Shown: positions 52,368 to 64,000 of the stretch, piece after piece | Numbering within the stretch: the first letter of the stretch is position 1 | Layout: each line of letters begins with the position of its first letter | Source of the DNA: Mobula hypostoma | Taxonomy: Eukaryota | NCBI RefSeq assembly: GCF_963921235.1 | Contig: NC_086097.1 | Coordinates: 51,586,001-51,650,000 of the forward strand | DNA: 64,000 nucleotides | Reading direction: 5' to 3' | The notes under the pieces: generated by a model | The model's input: the letters and a program-made list of their open reading frames with translations, nothing else | Database searches by the model: none | Told to the model about the DNA's origin: nothing | Translations under genes and position numbers: made by a program

Positions 52368-55150
52368 AGAGATGAACTGAGAGCTTGGATACATACATGG
52401 AATTATGATGTAGTGGCCATTACAGAGACTTGGCTGGCACCAGGGCAGGAATGGATTCTCAACATTCCTGGATTTCAGTGCTTTAAAAGGGATAGAGAGG
52501 GCGGAAAAAGGGGAGGAGGGGTGGCATTACTGGTCAGGGATAGTATTACAGCTACAGAAAGGGTGGGTAATGTAGCAGGATCCTCTTTTGAGTCAGTATG
52601 GGTGGAAATCAGGAACAGGAAGGGAGCAGTTACTCTATTGGGAGTATTCTATAGGCCCCCTGGTAGCAGCAGAGATACAGAGGAGCAGATTGGGAGGCCG
52701 ATTTTGGAAAGGTGCAAAAATAACAGGGTTGTTATCATGGATGACTTTAACTTCCCTAATATTGATTGGCACCTGATTAGTTCCAAGGGTTTAGATGGGG
52801 CAGAATTTGTTAAGTGTGTCCAGGACGGATTCCTGTCACAGTATGTTGACAGGCCGACTAGGGGAAATGCCATACTAGATCTAGTACTAGATAATGAACC
52901 GGGTCAGGTCACAGAGCTCTCAGTGGGTGAGCATCTGGGGGACAGTGACCACTGCTCCCTGGCCTTTAGCATTATCATGGAAAAGGATAGAATCAGAGAG
53001 GACAGGAAAATTTTTAATTGGGGAAGGGCAAATTATGAGGCTATAAGGCTAGAACTTGCAGGTGTGAATTGGGATGATGTTTTTGCAGGGAAATGTACTA
53101 TGGACATGTGGTCGATGTTTAGAGATCTCTTGCAGGATGTTAGGGATAAATTTGTCCCGGTGAGGAAGATAAAGAATGGAAGGGTGAAAGAACCATGGGT
53201 GACAAGTGAGGTGGAAAATCTAGTCAGGTGGAAGAAGGCAGCATACGTGAGGTTTAGGAAGCAAGGATCAGATGGGTCTATTGAGGAATATAGGGAAGCA
53301 AGAAAGGAGCTTAAGAAGGGGGCATGAGAAGCCCTTGGCAAGTAGGGTAAAGGTAAACCCCAAGGCATTCTTCAATTATATGAAGAAAAAAAGGATGACA
53401 GGAGTGAAGGTAGGACCGATTAGAGATAAAGGTGGGAAGATGTGCCTGGAGGCTGTGGAAGTGAGCGAGGTCCTCAATGAATACTTCTCTTCAGTATTCA
53501 CCAATGAGAAGGAATTTGATGATGGAGAGGACAATATGAGTGAGGTAGATGTTCTGGAGCATGTTGATATTAAGGGAGAGGAGGTGTTGGAGTTGTTAAA
53601 ATACATTAGGACGGATAAGTCCCCGGGGCCTGACGGAATATTCCCCAGGCTGCTCCACAAGGCGAGGGAAGAGATTGCTGAGCCTCTGGCTAGGATCTTT
53701 ATGTCCTCGTTGTCCACGGGAATGGTACCGGAGGATTGGAGGGAGGCGAAAGTTGTCCCCTTGTTCAAAAAAGGTAGTAGGGATAGTCCGGGTAATTATA
53801 GACAAGTGAGCCTTACGTCTGTGGTGGGAAAGCTGTTGGAAAAGATTCTTAGAAATACGATGTCTGGGCATTTAGAGAATCATGGTCTGATCAGGGACAG
53901 TCAGCATGGCTTTGTGAAGGGCAGATCGTGTCTAACAAGCCTGATAGAGTTCTTTGAGGAAGTGACCAGGCATATAGATGAGGGTAGTGCAGTGGATGTG
54001 ATCTATATGGATTTTAGTAAGGCATTTGACAAGGTTTCACATGGTAGGCTTATTCAGAAGGTCAGAAGGCATGGGATCCAGGGAAGTTTGGCCAGGTGGA
54101 TTCAGAATTGGCTTGCCTGCAGAAGGCAGCGGGTCGTGGTGGAGGGAGTACATTCAGATTGGAGGACTGTGACTAGTGGTGTCCCACAAGGATCTGTTCT
54201 GGGACCTCTACTTTTCGTGATTTTTATTAACGACCTGGATGTGGGGGTAGAAGGGTGGGTTGGCAAGTTTGCAGATGACACAAAGGTTGGTGGTGTTGTA
54301 GGTAGTGTAGAGGATTGTCAAAGATTGCAGAGGGACATTGATAGGATGCAGAAGTGGGCTGAGAAGTGGCAGATGGAGTGTGAGGTGGTACACTTTGGAA
54401 GGACAAACTCGAAGGCAGAGTACAAAGTAAATGGCAGGATACTTGGTAGTGTGGAGGAGCAGAGGGATCTGGGGTACATGTCCACAGATCCCTGAAAGTT
54501 GCCTCACAGGTGGATAGGGTAGTTAAGAAAGCTTATGGGGTGTTGGCTTTCATAAGTTGAGGGATAGAGTTTAAGAGTCGCGATGTAATGATGCAGCTCT
54601 ATAAAACTCTGGTTAGGTCATACTTGGAGTACTGTGTCCAGTTCTGGTCGCCTCACTGTAGGAAGAATGTGGAAGCATTGGAAAGGGTACAGAGGAGATT
54701 TACCAGGATGCTGCCTGGTTTAGAGAGTATGCATTATGTTCAGAGATTAAGGGAGCTAGGGCTTTACTCTTTGGTGAGAAGGAGGATGAGAGGAGACATG
54801 ATAGAAGTGTACAAGGTAATAAGAGGAATAGATAGAGTGGATAGCCAGCGCCTCTTCCCCAGGGCACCACTGCTCAATACAAGAGGACGTAGCTTTAAGG
54901 TAAGGGGTGGGAAGTTCAAGGGGGATATTAGAGGGTTTTTTACACTGAGAGTGGTTGGTGCATGGAATGCACTGCCTGAGTCAGTGGTGGAGGCAGATAC
55001 ACTGGTGAAGTTTAAGAGACTACTAGACAGGTATATGGAGGAATTTATGGTGGGGTCTTATATGGGAGGCAGGGTCTGAGGGTTGGCACAACATTGTGGG
55101 CGGAAGGGCCTGTACTGTGCTGTACTATTCTATGTTCTATGTTGTATGTT
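52368..55150 (+). mobile_element. CR1 LINE with nearly complete ORF2 (APE and RT) and few lesions
   Basis: ORFs 52413 (304 aa, APE), 53272 (407 aa, RT) and 54588; TTCTATG-type tail. Confidence 0.95.
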
Positions 55151-56409
55151 CAAAAATGAGTTACCATAAGTTACAGAATTCTGTAACATCTGTTAACTTG
55201 CTTTCTCTCTCTGCATCAGAACTATTACATCAGTCATCTGAGATACTGGTTTAGTTTTCTTTCTCCATTAGTACAGCCAGACCTCTTGATAATGCCCTGC
55301 ATTTTATAATATTTTCTTGTCTTTATGATCACCATCCAACTACACGCATTCACCCATCAACCACTATGTATCTCTATGGCAACCCTGCCCAACCCAGAAC
55401 CCACCCTAATACAAATGTTAGCAGAATTCTGAAATGGTTCTTGCAGAAATGTATAATCATGGTAACAGATGTTAAAAGGTACTCTAATCTCAGACTATTT
55501 GATTAGCTTTATTATAGCAAGGAACAGAATGAATAACTATCATCATGAATGAAAATTATTCATTATTTTCTGGCATTGTACAGAAAAATGTGGTACACTC
55601 AACAACTTTTGAAATACTTTTGCAAGTTGTCTCCATAAATTGTACCTTATTGTATTTTTAGCTTAATTTCCTGAAAGAAGAGCACTTGAAACAGTTCCAA
55701 GTTATTATAGCAGCTCTACAGCTGTTTTCATTAATTTTTCCACTTGAACTTGTGATATTAAAATAAGAGAAATTACCTTCAGCACCATAACTTCTTTTGT
55801 GCAGAAGGCCAAGTGTGCCATTAAACACACCTTGGAGGGCAATTCACTAGAAACATGTTTTACTTCATTAGGTCTATTTGACCAGGGCATGGGACGGCAG
55901 CATGGAAAACAAAGACCCATTTTGTGTCTTTAGCTGCAAACTCTGTAGCATTTCTCCAGTCTTCCACATACTTCGCTGATGTCATGAGCACTCCCTTTAA
56001 GAGTGCAGGCTGCCCTTTGAACTTCCAGAAACATTTGGTAAACCTACACTGGGAATAATATAGTTGGATAATATAGACTATGGTCCTACAATAAAGCTGA
56101 AATTCGAGTTAACAATTGTATTTTCTCATAAAACATGAATAATTCAACAATGTTGAGTAAGTATTGCCCAGAATGTTGTTCTTTCACTTTCCCTTATGGT
56201 GTTTTAAGCATTTGGTGTTATTGAGAACATGGAGATTAGAATTGTTGTGATAGAGGTGAAAAATAACAGGGTTTCTGTTTGCTCACAGTTATACTTGGTT
56301 GGTTTGGTTGTTTGTCCATCTTTGTGTGCAGTCTTTAATTTATTCTATTGTATTTCTTTTTATCTACTGTGAATGCCTGCAAGAAAATTAATCTCAGGGC
56401 AATATATGA

Positions 56410-57632
56410 CGACACAGAATACCTCCTCACTAGGCACAGCAACGTCTACACATTCTGGGGAGACTGAAGTGTGCAAAGCTCCCTGCCCCCATTCTACAGG
56501 AGCACCATTAAGAATGTCCTCTCTGGCTGTACCGTATCATTGCTTGGTACAGAAGTTGAGAGGCATCGGACTGCAAGACCATACACAGGACAGTAAAAAC
56601 CACCGAGACGGTCATCAGGGTCTTCCTACCCCATTATTTGTGACATTTACCTGGAACGTTGCAGACAATGGGCCAGAAAGATTGCTGAGGAATCCCACCA
56701 CCCATCCCACAATCTCTTTGACCCACTATCATCATGACTAGGACTGCCAGACTGGGTAACAGCATCTTCCCTCAGGCTGAGAGACTAATGTGTACCAATG
56801 AGGTCTCATCACTAAGATAGTGAGCTGTTTCCTGTACTGTTTACTGCTTACTTATGCTGCACTCTACATGCATTTTGAATTATATTTCATTAACTCATTT
56901 ATGGTAATATTTTGGACAATATGTTGTGTGCAATGTTTATTTATGTTTGCACTGTGGTCCAGAGGAACGTTGTTTTGTTTGGTTGTATATATGTACAGTC
57001 AGGTTCCAAGGTTGTCAAGCCGAGGAGTGGTAGTGGGGACAAGCTCCCATTACTTAAAAGTGCTCCTCACAGTATGTGCCTCAAATAGCCTCTGGCAACC
57101 AAGTCCAACTCCTGACCTTCTCGTATGGCTTAGCCTCTAAGCCCAGCAGAACTGTTTCTACTGACAGGAGAAGGGGCGAAGGCAGGTCCTGGTGCCTTAA
57201 AACCAGTGGTACGGGTAGATGGAGCTCGTCAGCCTGGGAAGGCAGTCCATCTAAGAGAGGGAAAACTCTGATTTCAAACCACCGCTGCCTTGCGGCCATA
57301 CCCACTCATGGGAAGGCTTCGGGAGTAAACCCTGAGGACAAATCCAGAGCTGGAGTCCCTAAGGCAGTCCAACGTTGCCTTCAACCTCGTTCTGGCAACT
57401 CCTGCGGCGACACTGGTGCCAAGCTGTATTGGCCCTTGCCCTTCCCTTGGACAGCATCGGTGTCATGGAGAGGGGAGACTTGCTGTATGGACAACTGCCA
57501 GTCTTCCATACAACCTTGCCCAGGCCTGTGCCCTGGAGATTGCAAGACTTTCCAGGTGCAGATCCATGGTCTTGCGAGACTGACGGATGCCACCACCATG
57601 TACAGTCAGATGACAATAAACTTAAACTTGAA
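56410..57632 (+). mobile_element. Rex1-type LINE 3' part, inside another Rex1-type tail (56270-56410 and 57633-57670) and split by an RTE-derived element
   Basis: AQQRLHILGRL; RTARLGNSIFPQAERL; tail GACAATAAACTTAAACTTGAAC. Confidence 0.75.
57003..57597 (+). mobile_element. 595-bp non-autonomous RTE-like element with 12-bp TSD
   Basis: TSD ATGTACAGTCAG at 56991-57002 and 57598-57609; RTE-like 3' end GATCCATGGTCTTGCGAGACTGACGGATGCC followed by (CAC)n; no RT sequence. Confidence 0.8.
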
Positions 57633-58659
57633 CATATATATTCTTTGATAATAAATTTACTTTGTACTTTCTTATCTATATAAATTATAGCTTTAACAAA
57701 CAAAAAATACTGGAGAATGCATCAATGTCTTTATGATTGCAATGTATCATCTGTACAGAAATGATAATTACCGCCCCATGTACATTTGCTAATATCCTTT
57801 CAGTGCTTATCACACAATCCCTTTAAACAGTAGCTTTATATTTGAAACTGGCCTTGATGCTCACCTTATTATGCACCAAGCTTAGTAAAAACATCTAAAA
57901 AATAGGATGGCAGGCTATTCAGTACTTCATGCCTGCATTGCAATTCAACAAGATCATGGCTAATCAAATACCTCTCCTACTTTCCGGTATTAAATTTGTA
58001 ATCCTCTATTTCTGTAAATCCAAAAACCATTAACTTTTTGTCTTAAATGTACTCAGTGGTGGTGCAGTCCTGTTGTGCAAAGACTTCCTCAGATTTGCTT
58101 CCCTTTTGGTGACGACATTTCTTCTCATCTTCATTCTGATTGATACATCCCTTGGTTTGAGACTGCTCTTTAGTGCTAGACGTTATCCCTCTATCCCATA
58201 TGAAAGAATGGATTGCAATCTGAAAATTCCCTTTCCACAGGTGCTGCATGGCCTGCTGAGTGTTTCCAGCATCTTCTGTTTACATTTCATATTTCCATTA
58301 CCTTTTTTTTAATGTGACCCCCATATCTACCCTGTGAGGCTACTTAATCATTTTGTATTTTCGTGTTCTTGTACTCAGTGATGGTACAGGCCTGTAGGAG
58401 GGAGGGGTTAGATTGATCTGAGAGTAGATTAAAAGGTCGGCACGACCTCGTGGGCCGAAGGACCGGTAGTGTGCTGTAATGCTCTATGTTCTATGTTTTT
58501 ACCACAAGGCAGAAATTCCAAACATCTCTTCGCATTTCTGAGAGCACTTTTGTGCTCCTTGCCACAGGGCCACTGCCTACATGGTCAGGAAAATGTTCAT
58601 TCTGAACATATCCTTTGGAAGTGTCAGGATCCAAATTACTAGTTACGTAAATTTGTAAG

Positions 58660-59370
58660 AATATAAGAGTATAAGAAATAGGAGCAGGAGTAGGCTATCT
58701 GGCCTGTCGAGTCTGCTCCGCCGTTCAATGTGATCTTGGCTGATGTGGCCGCAGACTCAGCTCCACCTACCTGCCTTTTCCTGTTGCTATGGAACGATTG
58801 AACTGTGTCTTAAATATATTTAAAGAAGTAGCTCTACTGCTTCTCTGACCAGAGAATTCCACAGATTCACTACTCTCTGGAAAAAGCAGTTTCTCCTCAA
58901 TTCCATCATAAAACCATATAACAATTACAGCTCAGAAACAGGCCATCTCGGCCCTTCTAGTCCGTGCCGAACTCTTACTCTCACCTAGTCCCACCGACCT
59001 TCACTCAGCCCAAAACCCTCCATTCCTTTCCTGTCCATATAGCTGTTTAATGACAACATCGAACCTGTCTCAACCACTTCTGCTGGAAGCTCGTTCCACA
59101 CAGCCACCACTCTCTGAGTAAAGAAGTTGCCCCTCATGTTACCCCTAAACTTTTGTCCTTTAACTCTCAACTCATGTCCTCTTGTTTGAATCTCCCCCAC
59201 TCTCAATGGAAAAATCTATTCTAAGTCCTAAATCTATTCCCCAGAATACTGAGACAATGTCTCCTAGTTCTAGTCTTATTGCCAGTGGTAACAGCTTTCC
59301 CTCTCTCTTATCTGTCCATTTCATAATTTGATATGTTGATGTAATATCCCTCTCATTCTTCTTATACAAT
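58660..59370 (-). mobile_element. CR1 3' fragment containing a younger CR1 3' end (about 58910-59213) of the 18984-23667 subfamily
   Basis: ORF 58985-59206 is nearly identical to the C-terminus of ORF 23001-23585. Confidence 0.85.
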
Positions 59371-60936
59371 TTATTTCATACTGCTACCAGTTATTCATGC
59401 GCATGGAATCCCAATTGCTGTTCTGAGGAGTCAGCCACTAGCCTTTTATAGATCCATAAAGATGATTATTTCAGGTTAATCATTTGCTGCAGTAATCCCA
59501 AAGCAAAAGGTTTTAAGGCTTTTGTGACAGTGGCAGTCACAGATGTTGCTATGCATGTGAAGTTTAGATTTGGGGCACTCCTATTATTACTATCTTTGTA
59601 AATCAAAGCATTTTTGGAAATTATTTTTCTGAGGAACGTGCGCTCCGTGCACAAAATGCATGTGAGAGTACTGAGAAGATAAGGGTAAAGCACAGTGTAA
59701 CCTACCCAGGTTTCCTACGCTGTCAATCCTTTCTCAAGTAAGAATAAATAACGGGAATTTTCAATAAAAATACCAGGGCTTGAACATTTAGAAGAAGAAA
59801 ATAACTGATTTTGTTAAATACAATTAACAAATTGGTTTGGATAGTAGAACAATTTGTTCAGAACAAAGGCAAATGTAATATCTGGAAAAGCCATTATTCA
59901 TTGCCGTTTACTTGGCTTGTAAAGGCATTCATTCAGGCTGCTCAGTCCTTTCTCTTAAACCTGACTATTTATGTACCAACTTGTGTTCTGAATGACTTTA
60001 CTGTGTTGCCATAGTTAATGAAACAGAATGCGGACAATAAATCATTGTATCGTCTCCAAATAATATGCATGTATCACCTCAGTCATATTTTTTATAAATT
60101 AACTCCTTCACTACTACTACTACTGAGGATCCATCCATTTGATCTTTGTTAACTGTAAGTATTTAAAACTTTAAATTTACCTCAGCATTGCATGATATAC
60201 TTATTATAGATTACCAGCAGCTATTTTGCTTTTGATATGATAAATGAAGTTTAGAACAGTTGGGTTTATCCAGAGAAATATCTCGATTATGTCAAGTTCA
60301 CACTGATGGATCTGAGCAAAGTTCAAGTGTAGTAGGAAATAACTGGACGGCATGAGCAAGAAAAGGATGGGAAGCATTTATATAAGTGCATTTTCTTTGA
60401 TGATGCCTCAAAGTGCTTCACAACTGAAAGAAATTGTGAAATGTTGAAGAAAACATGGCAAGTTACTTGGACACTGCAAGGTACCACAAATTGCAATGTG
60501 ATAACAAGATGAGCTGTGTTTGTGATCTGATTATTGGCTAGGACTCCAGGTGCAAGGCATCTACTTTCAAATAGTACAGCAGGATCTGTTTCATTCCTGT
60601 AAGAGTGTAAATGTAGCCTCAGTTTTACATTCCTTACGAGTTGCTCTATAACACAAGGAATGAGTGAATGAGCAATTACTGTTTAATCATATATTACCTT
60701 AACTAAAATAGTCTCCTTGACTTAATAATTTGGATTTATATCATTTGTACCTTTCAACAAGAGCCTAGCTGGAAAATAATCAAATGAGACTGATTACTGA
60801 AATATTCCCTTACACCTCATAATTTCTTTATAAGTGAATAAATTGATACTTCCATTAAAACAACGTGTCATTCAAACACATTCTGATGCTAAAATCATAT
60901 CTTGAGTTTAAAAGGTTAGATTTATAGAAAAGCCAA

Positions 60937-61585
60937 CAGAATCAGAATCATGCTGCATATTGCAAAGGTTGATGTTGTTTTGTGGCAGCAACACAGTGCA
61001 ATGACATAATAAAATTAACATAAACATTAGAGCAAAAGAAGAACAGTGAGGTGGGGTTCAGGTATTGTTCAGAGGCTGACGGCAGAAGGGAAGAAACTGT
61101 TCTGAAAACATTGTGAGTGCATCTTCAAGTTCTGATTTTGCTATCCCAACAGTAGTAATGGGAAGAGGATATTTCCCATATGGTGAGAGTCCTTAATGAT
61201 GGGTACCACCTTCCTGAAACACCGCCTTTTGAAGATGTCCTTATGGCGGGGAGGTTTGTGTACATGATGGAGCTAGCTGAGTGTAAAACACTCTGAAACT
61301 CCTTGTAAACCTGTGCATTATTGGAGGCTCCAGTGATATAACCAGTCAGGATGCCCTCCACTGTACATACTGTATGTAGAAATTTGAGAGAATCTTTGGT
61401 GATATACCAAATCTCCTCCAACTCTGCATGAAGTATAGCAGCTGGCATGCTGTCTTTGTGATTGTGTTGGGCCCAGGATAGTTCCACTGAGATGCTGATG
61501 CCAAGGAATTTAAAACTGCTCATCCTTTCCCCAGCTGACTTCTCGATGAGGACTGATGTGTTTTCCCAACTTTCCCTTCCTGGCA
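60937..61585 (-). mobile_element. Decayed Rex1-type LINE 3' fragment
   Basis: SSFKFLGISISVELSWAQH...TVEGILTGYIT; tail AGAATCAGAATC. Confidence 0.8.
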
Positions 61586-62433
61586 ATCAGTACTTATTAC
61601 CCATTCCCTAAATGTCGCTCAACACGGTGTTTGGTGAGGCTATATTAAAGGGCAGTTAAAAAGTCAATGAGCTTGGTGGCCAGACTAGATAAATATGGTA
61701 AACTTCCTTCTCTAAAGAACAGCAATGAAATGGATGCATTATTGCAACAATCCAATGATTTAATTGCCTGATGCTAGATTTTATTTCTTAACAATTAAAT
61801 ATTTGACTTTCCAACTGTCACATGGCATTGAACATATACTACCCTATTGAAGGCTTGAGTGTTTAGCCCAATAAGACTATACTGTCATATCACTATCACT
61901 AGCTATATTAAAATTATGCAATTTTCTAAAATAAATCCGTGTTGATTTGAAAAATCAATAAAATGGTTATCAAGAAACACCCATAAACATACATCCCCAT
62001 TTTCCCAAAATACTAAAATTTTAAACTGGATGAATTTACACTTAGTGGCTACTTTATTAGTAAGTAAATAAATAATAAGTACTGTACGCATAACAAATCC
62101 TATGAACAAATAAATAATACAAGGGTTACAAGAATCACTCCCCTGTAATAATGATCAGGGAGGCACAGAGAGAATCTGTAATTACCACCAAGAAATGTTA
62201 TTGTTGCAATGGAAGAACATGTGAACTTCACAACCGAATACTTGTGTGCACACCAACTAAGTTTTCCAGACCTTCCATAAACAGTCAAAGAAGAGAAAAG
62301 ATAATTTAGTTAAAAAGAAGCTTCTGCTGCTGGCCACGTGTTCCTTGTAGTCCTGTTTCGAATCTCCATGTCTGTGGGACACCTCACATCCATGTTGGTG
62401 AATCTCCTACAGAGCCATCTCTATCTTGTACCT

Positions 62434-62743
62434 GAAAACATAGAAACATAGAAAATAGGTGCAGGAGTAGGCCATTCGGCCCTTCGAGCCTGATCATTCA
62501 GTATGATCATGGCTGATCATCCAACTCAGAACCCTGAACCAGCCTTCCCTCCATACCCCCGATCCCTTTAGCCACAAGGGCCATATCTAACTCCCTCTTA
62601 AATATATCCAAAGAACTGGCCTCAACTGTTTCCTGTGGCAGAGAATTCCACAGATTCACCACTCTCTGTGTGAAGAAGTTTTTCCTCGTTTCGGTCCTAA
62701 AGGGCTTCCCCTTTATCCTCAAACTGTGACCCCTCGTTCTGGA
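62434..62743 (-). mobile_element. CR1 3' end (subfamily of 14028-17423) fused at its 5' end to an LTR fragment
   Basis: SRTRGHSLRIKGKPFRTE..KNFFTQRVVNLWNSLPQE; tail ACATAGAAACATAGAAAATAGG. Confidence 0.9.
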
Positions 62744-62855
62744 GGGGCAAGGCAAAACACCTTTATACAGGAAACTGTGGGAGGAGCCACAGGGGCAGTC
62801 AGCAGAGGGGCGTGTCCAGACGGTTAACCCAGTTACAACATATATATGGTTTACC
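62741..62855 (-). repeat. 115-bp copy of the U3/TATA part of the neighbouring Gypsy LTR
   Basis: 111 of 115 bases identical to 63374-63488. Confidence 0.95.
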
Positions 62856-63263
62856 TCTGCTTTTATATCCATTCTTTACCAGCTGAAATGTTACATTCCA
62901 GTGCCATTGGCTGTAAGTCATGTGTCTGACATTTACACCTTTTTACTGACTCTACTCCAAACCAGCATCCATTTATTGCCCTCATCCCAGAGAATGACAA
63001 TTGGTAATTAATGGCTCTTTGTTCTCAGTCAGCAACCAGCTCGAATCCCTTAGCGCAGGCATCAACCCTAACAGTCATAAACCTGCATGTTATATCCAAC
63101 CGAAGAACACCTTGTAAATAACTTCTTATTTAGAAATGATCCCTAGTCCAGTAGATTTTCTGAGGCACCGTTGTATCTACTTTAAAACACTGTTCAAGCC
63201 AAGCAAAGTGCAAACAAAATGGAGGACATAAAACAGTTCCACAAAATGGCAGCCCAAGCACGT

Positions 63264-64000
63264 TGAAGCTCCTTCCATAACTCCAAAAGACTGAGGTTAG
63301 GTAAAATACTGAAAGGGTTTTATTCGCTGTACAATACGACCTCCATGGTGAGTGTCTGCCCCCGGACAGAGGGGGAGGGGCAAGGCGAAACACCTTTATA
63401 CAGGAATCTGTGGGAGGAGCCACAGGGACAGTCAGCAGAGGGGCGTGTCCAGACAGTTAACCCAGTTACAACATATATATGGTTTACCACATTCACCCCT
63501 CCTTTTTTTAAAAAGAGTCCCGCGGGGTGAAGTGACTGACAATATTTAAAACAAGTATATTTACAGGTCAAGTCTATCGGGCGGTCGAGTCCGTCGCTGT
63601 GATCTACGTAGCACCGGCGGTGATTGCATCAGCGACGGCGGTTGTGCTGGCTCCGGCCTGACTTGAGGTGCCAGCACATTAGGAGTTGGTAATCCCTCGT
63701 GCGTGTGTGTCGCGCCCGGTATGGGAGTGTCGTGTGGTATCTGTGTGGGGCTTGGAGTGCGCGGTGTCTCGTGGGTATATATATCGGTGGTTACGGGGTC
63801 AATAGTCACCACGGAGTGTTCAGGGTAGGGTCTCGGTGCTCCTGCGGGCGCCAGGTCGCGGATGGAGACTGTGTCCTCCCGCCCATCAGGTAAAACCACA
63901 TAGGCATACTGAGGGTTCGCATGAAGTAAATGAACCCTCTTGACCATCGGGGAGTATTTATTGCTCCTCGCATGCTTCCAGAGCAGCACTGTCCCTGGGG
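63264..64000 (-). mobile_element. Gypsy LTR retrotransposon 3' end: integrase C-terminal region, polypurine tract and ~228-bp 3' LTR (63264-63491); continues beyond window
   Basis: Open frame to stop at 63561 (VHLLHANPQYAYVVLPDGREDTVSIRDLAP...LRRSQRRTRPPDRL); PPT AAAAAAAGGAGGGGTGAA abutting TGTGG; LTR has TATAAAGG and AATAAA and ends CA; many intact CpGs. Confidence 0.9.

Noticed and set aside
55776..56043. Possible minus-strand exon bounded by AG and GT
   Set aside because: All three frames contain stops, the acceptor has a weak pyrimidine tract and no protein is recognisable; a non-coding exon cannot be supported without RNA data.
62100..62440. Possible minus-strand exon starting at TTTCAG in the CR1 tail
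   Set aside because: Early stops in all frames; the acceptor-like site derives from the repeat tail.

Overview
Eukaryotic vertebrate DNA, most likely a cartilaginous fish (shark or ray), judged from its repeat content: CR1, Rex1/Babar, Penelope-like and RTE-derived retroelements, and a V-SINE. The only host gene I can support is the first coding exon of TRIM9 (minus strand, 8517-7741; RING plus two B-boxes, ending at a GT donor). It sits in a CpG-rich promoter region, so 1-7740 is intron 1 and 8.8-64 kb is upstream intergenic DNA. Most of the rest is nested transposable elements: a full-length CR1 with a tandem-monomer 5' UTR, an internally deleted hAT transposon with an 8-bp TSD inside a CR1, a Tc1 remnant, two Gypsy LTR elements and many Rex1/CR1 fragments. 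The most notable observations are hammerhead-ribozyme-like relics in Penelope tails (including a back-to-back inverted pair), the CR1 promoter monomers, an LTR-U3/CR1 chimeric insertion, a family of non-autonomous RTE elements, a possible divergent promoter, and an unidentified decayed coding-like segment just upstream of TRIM9. I found no convincing wholly new biological system. TE boundaries are approximate unless a TSD or terminal motif is quoted. Family assignments come from motif recognition, not database searches.
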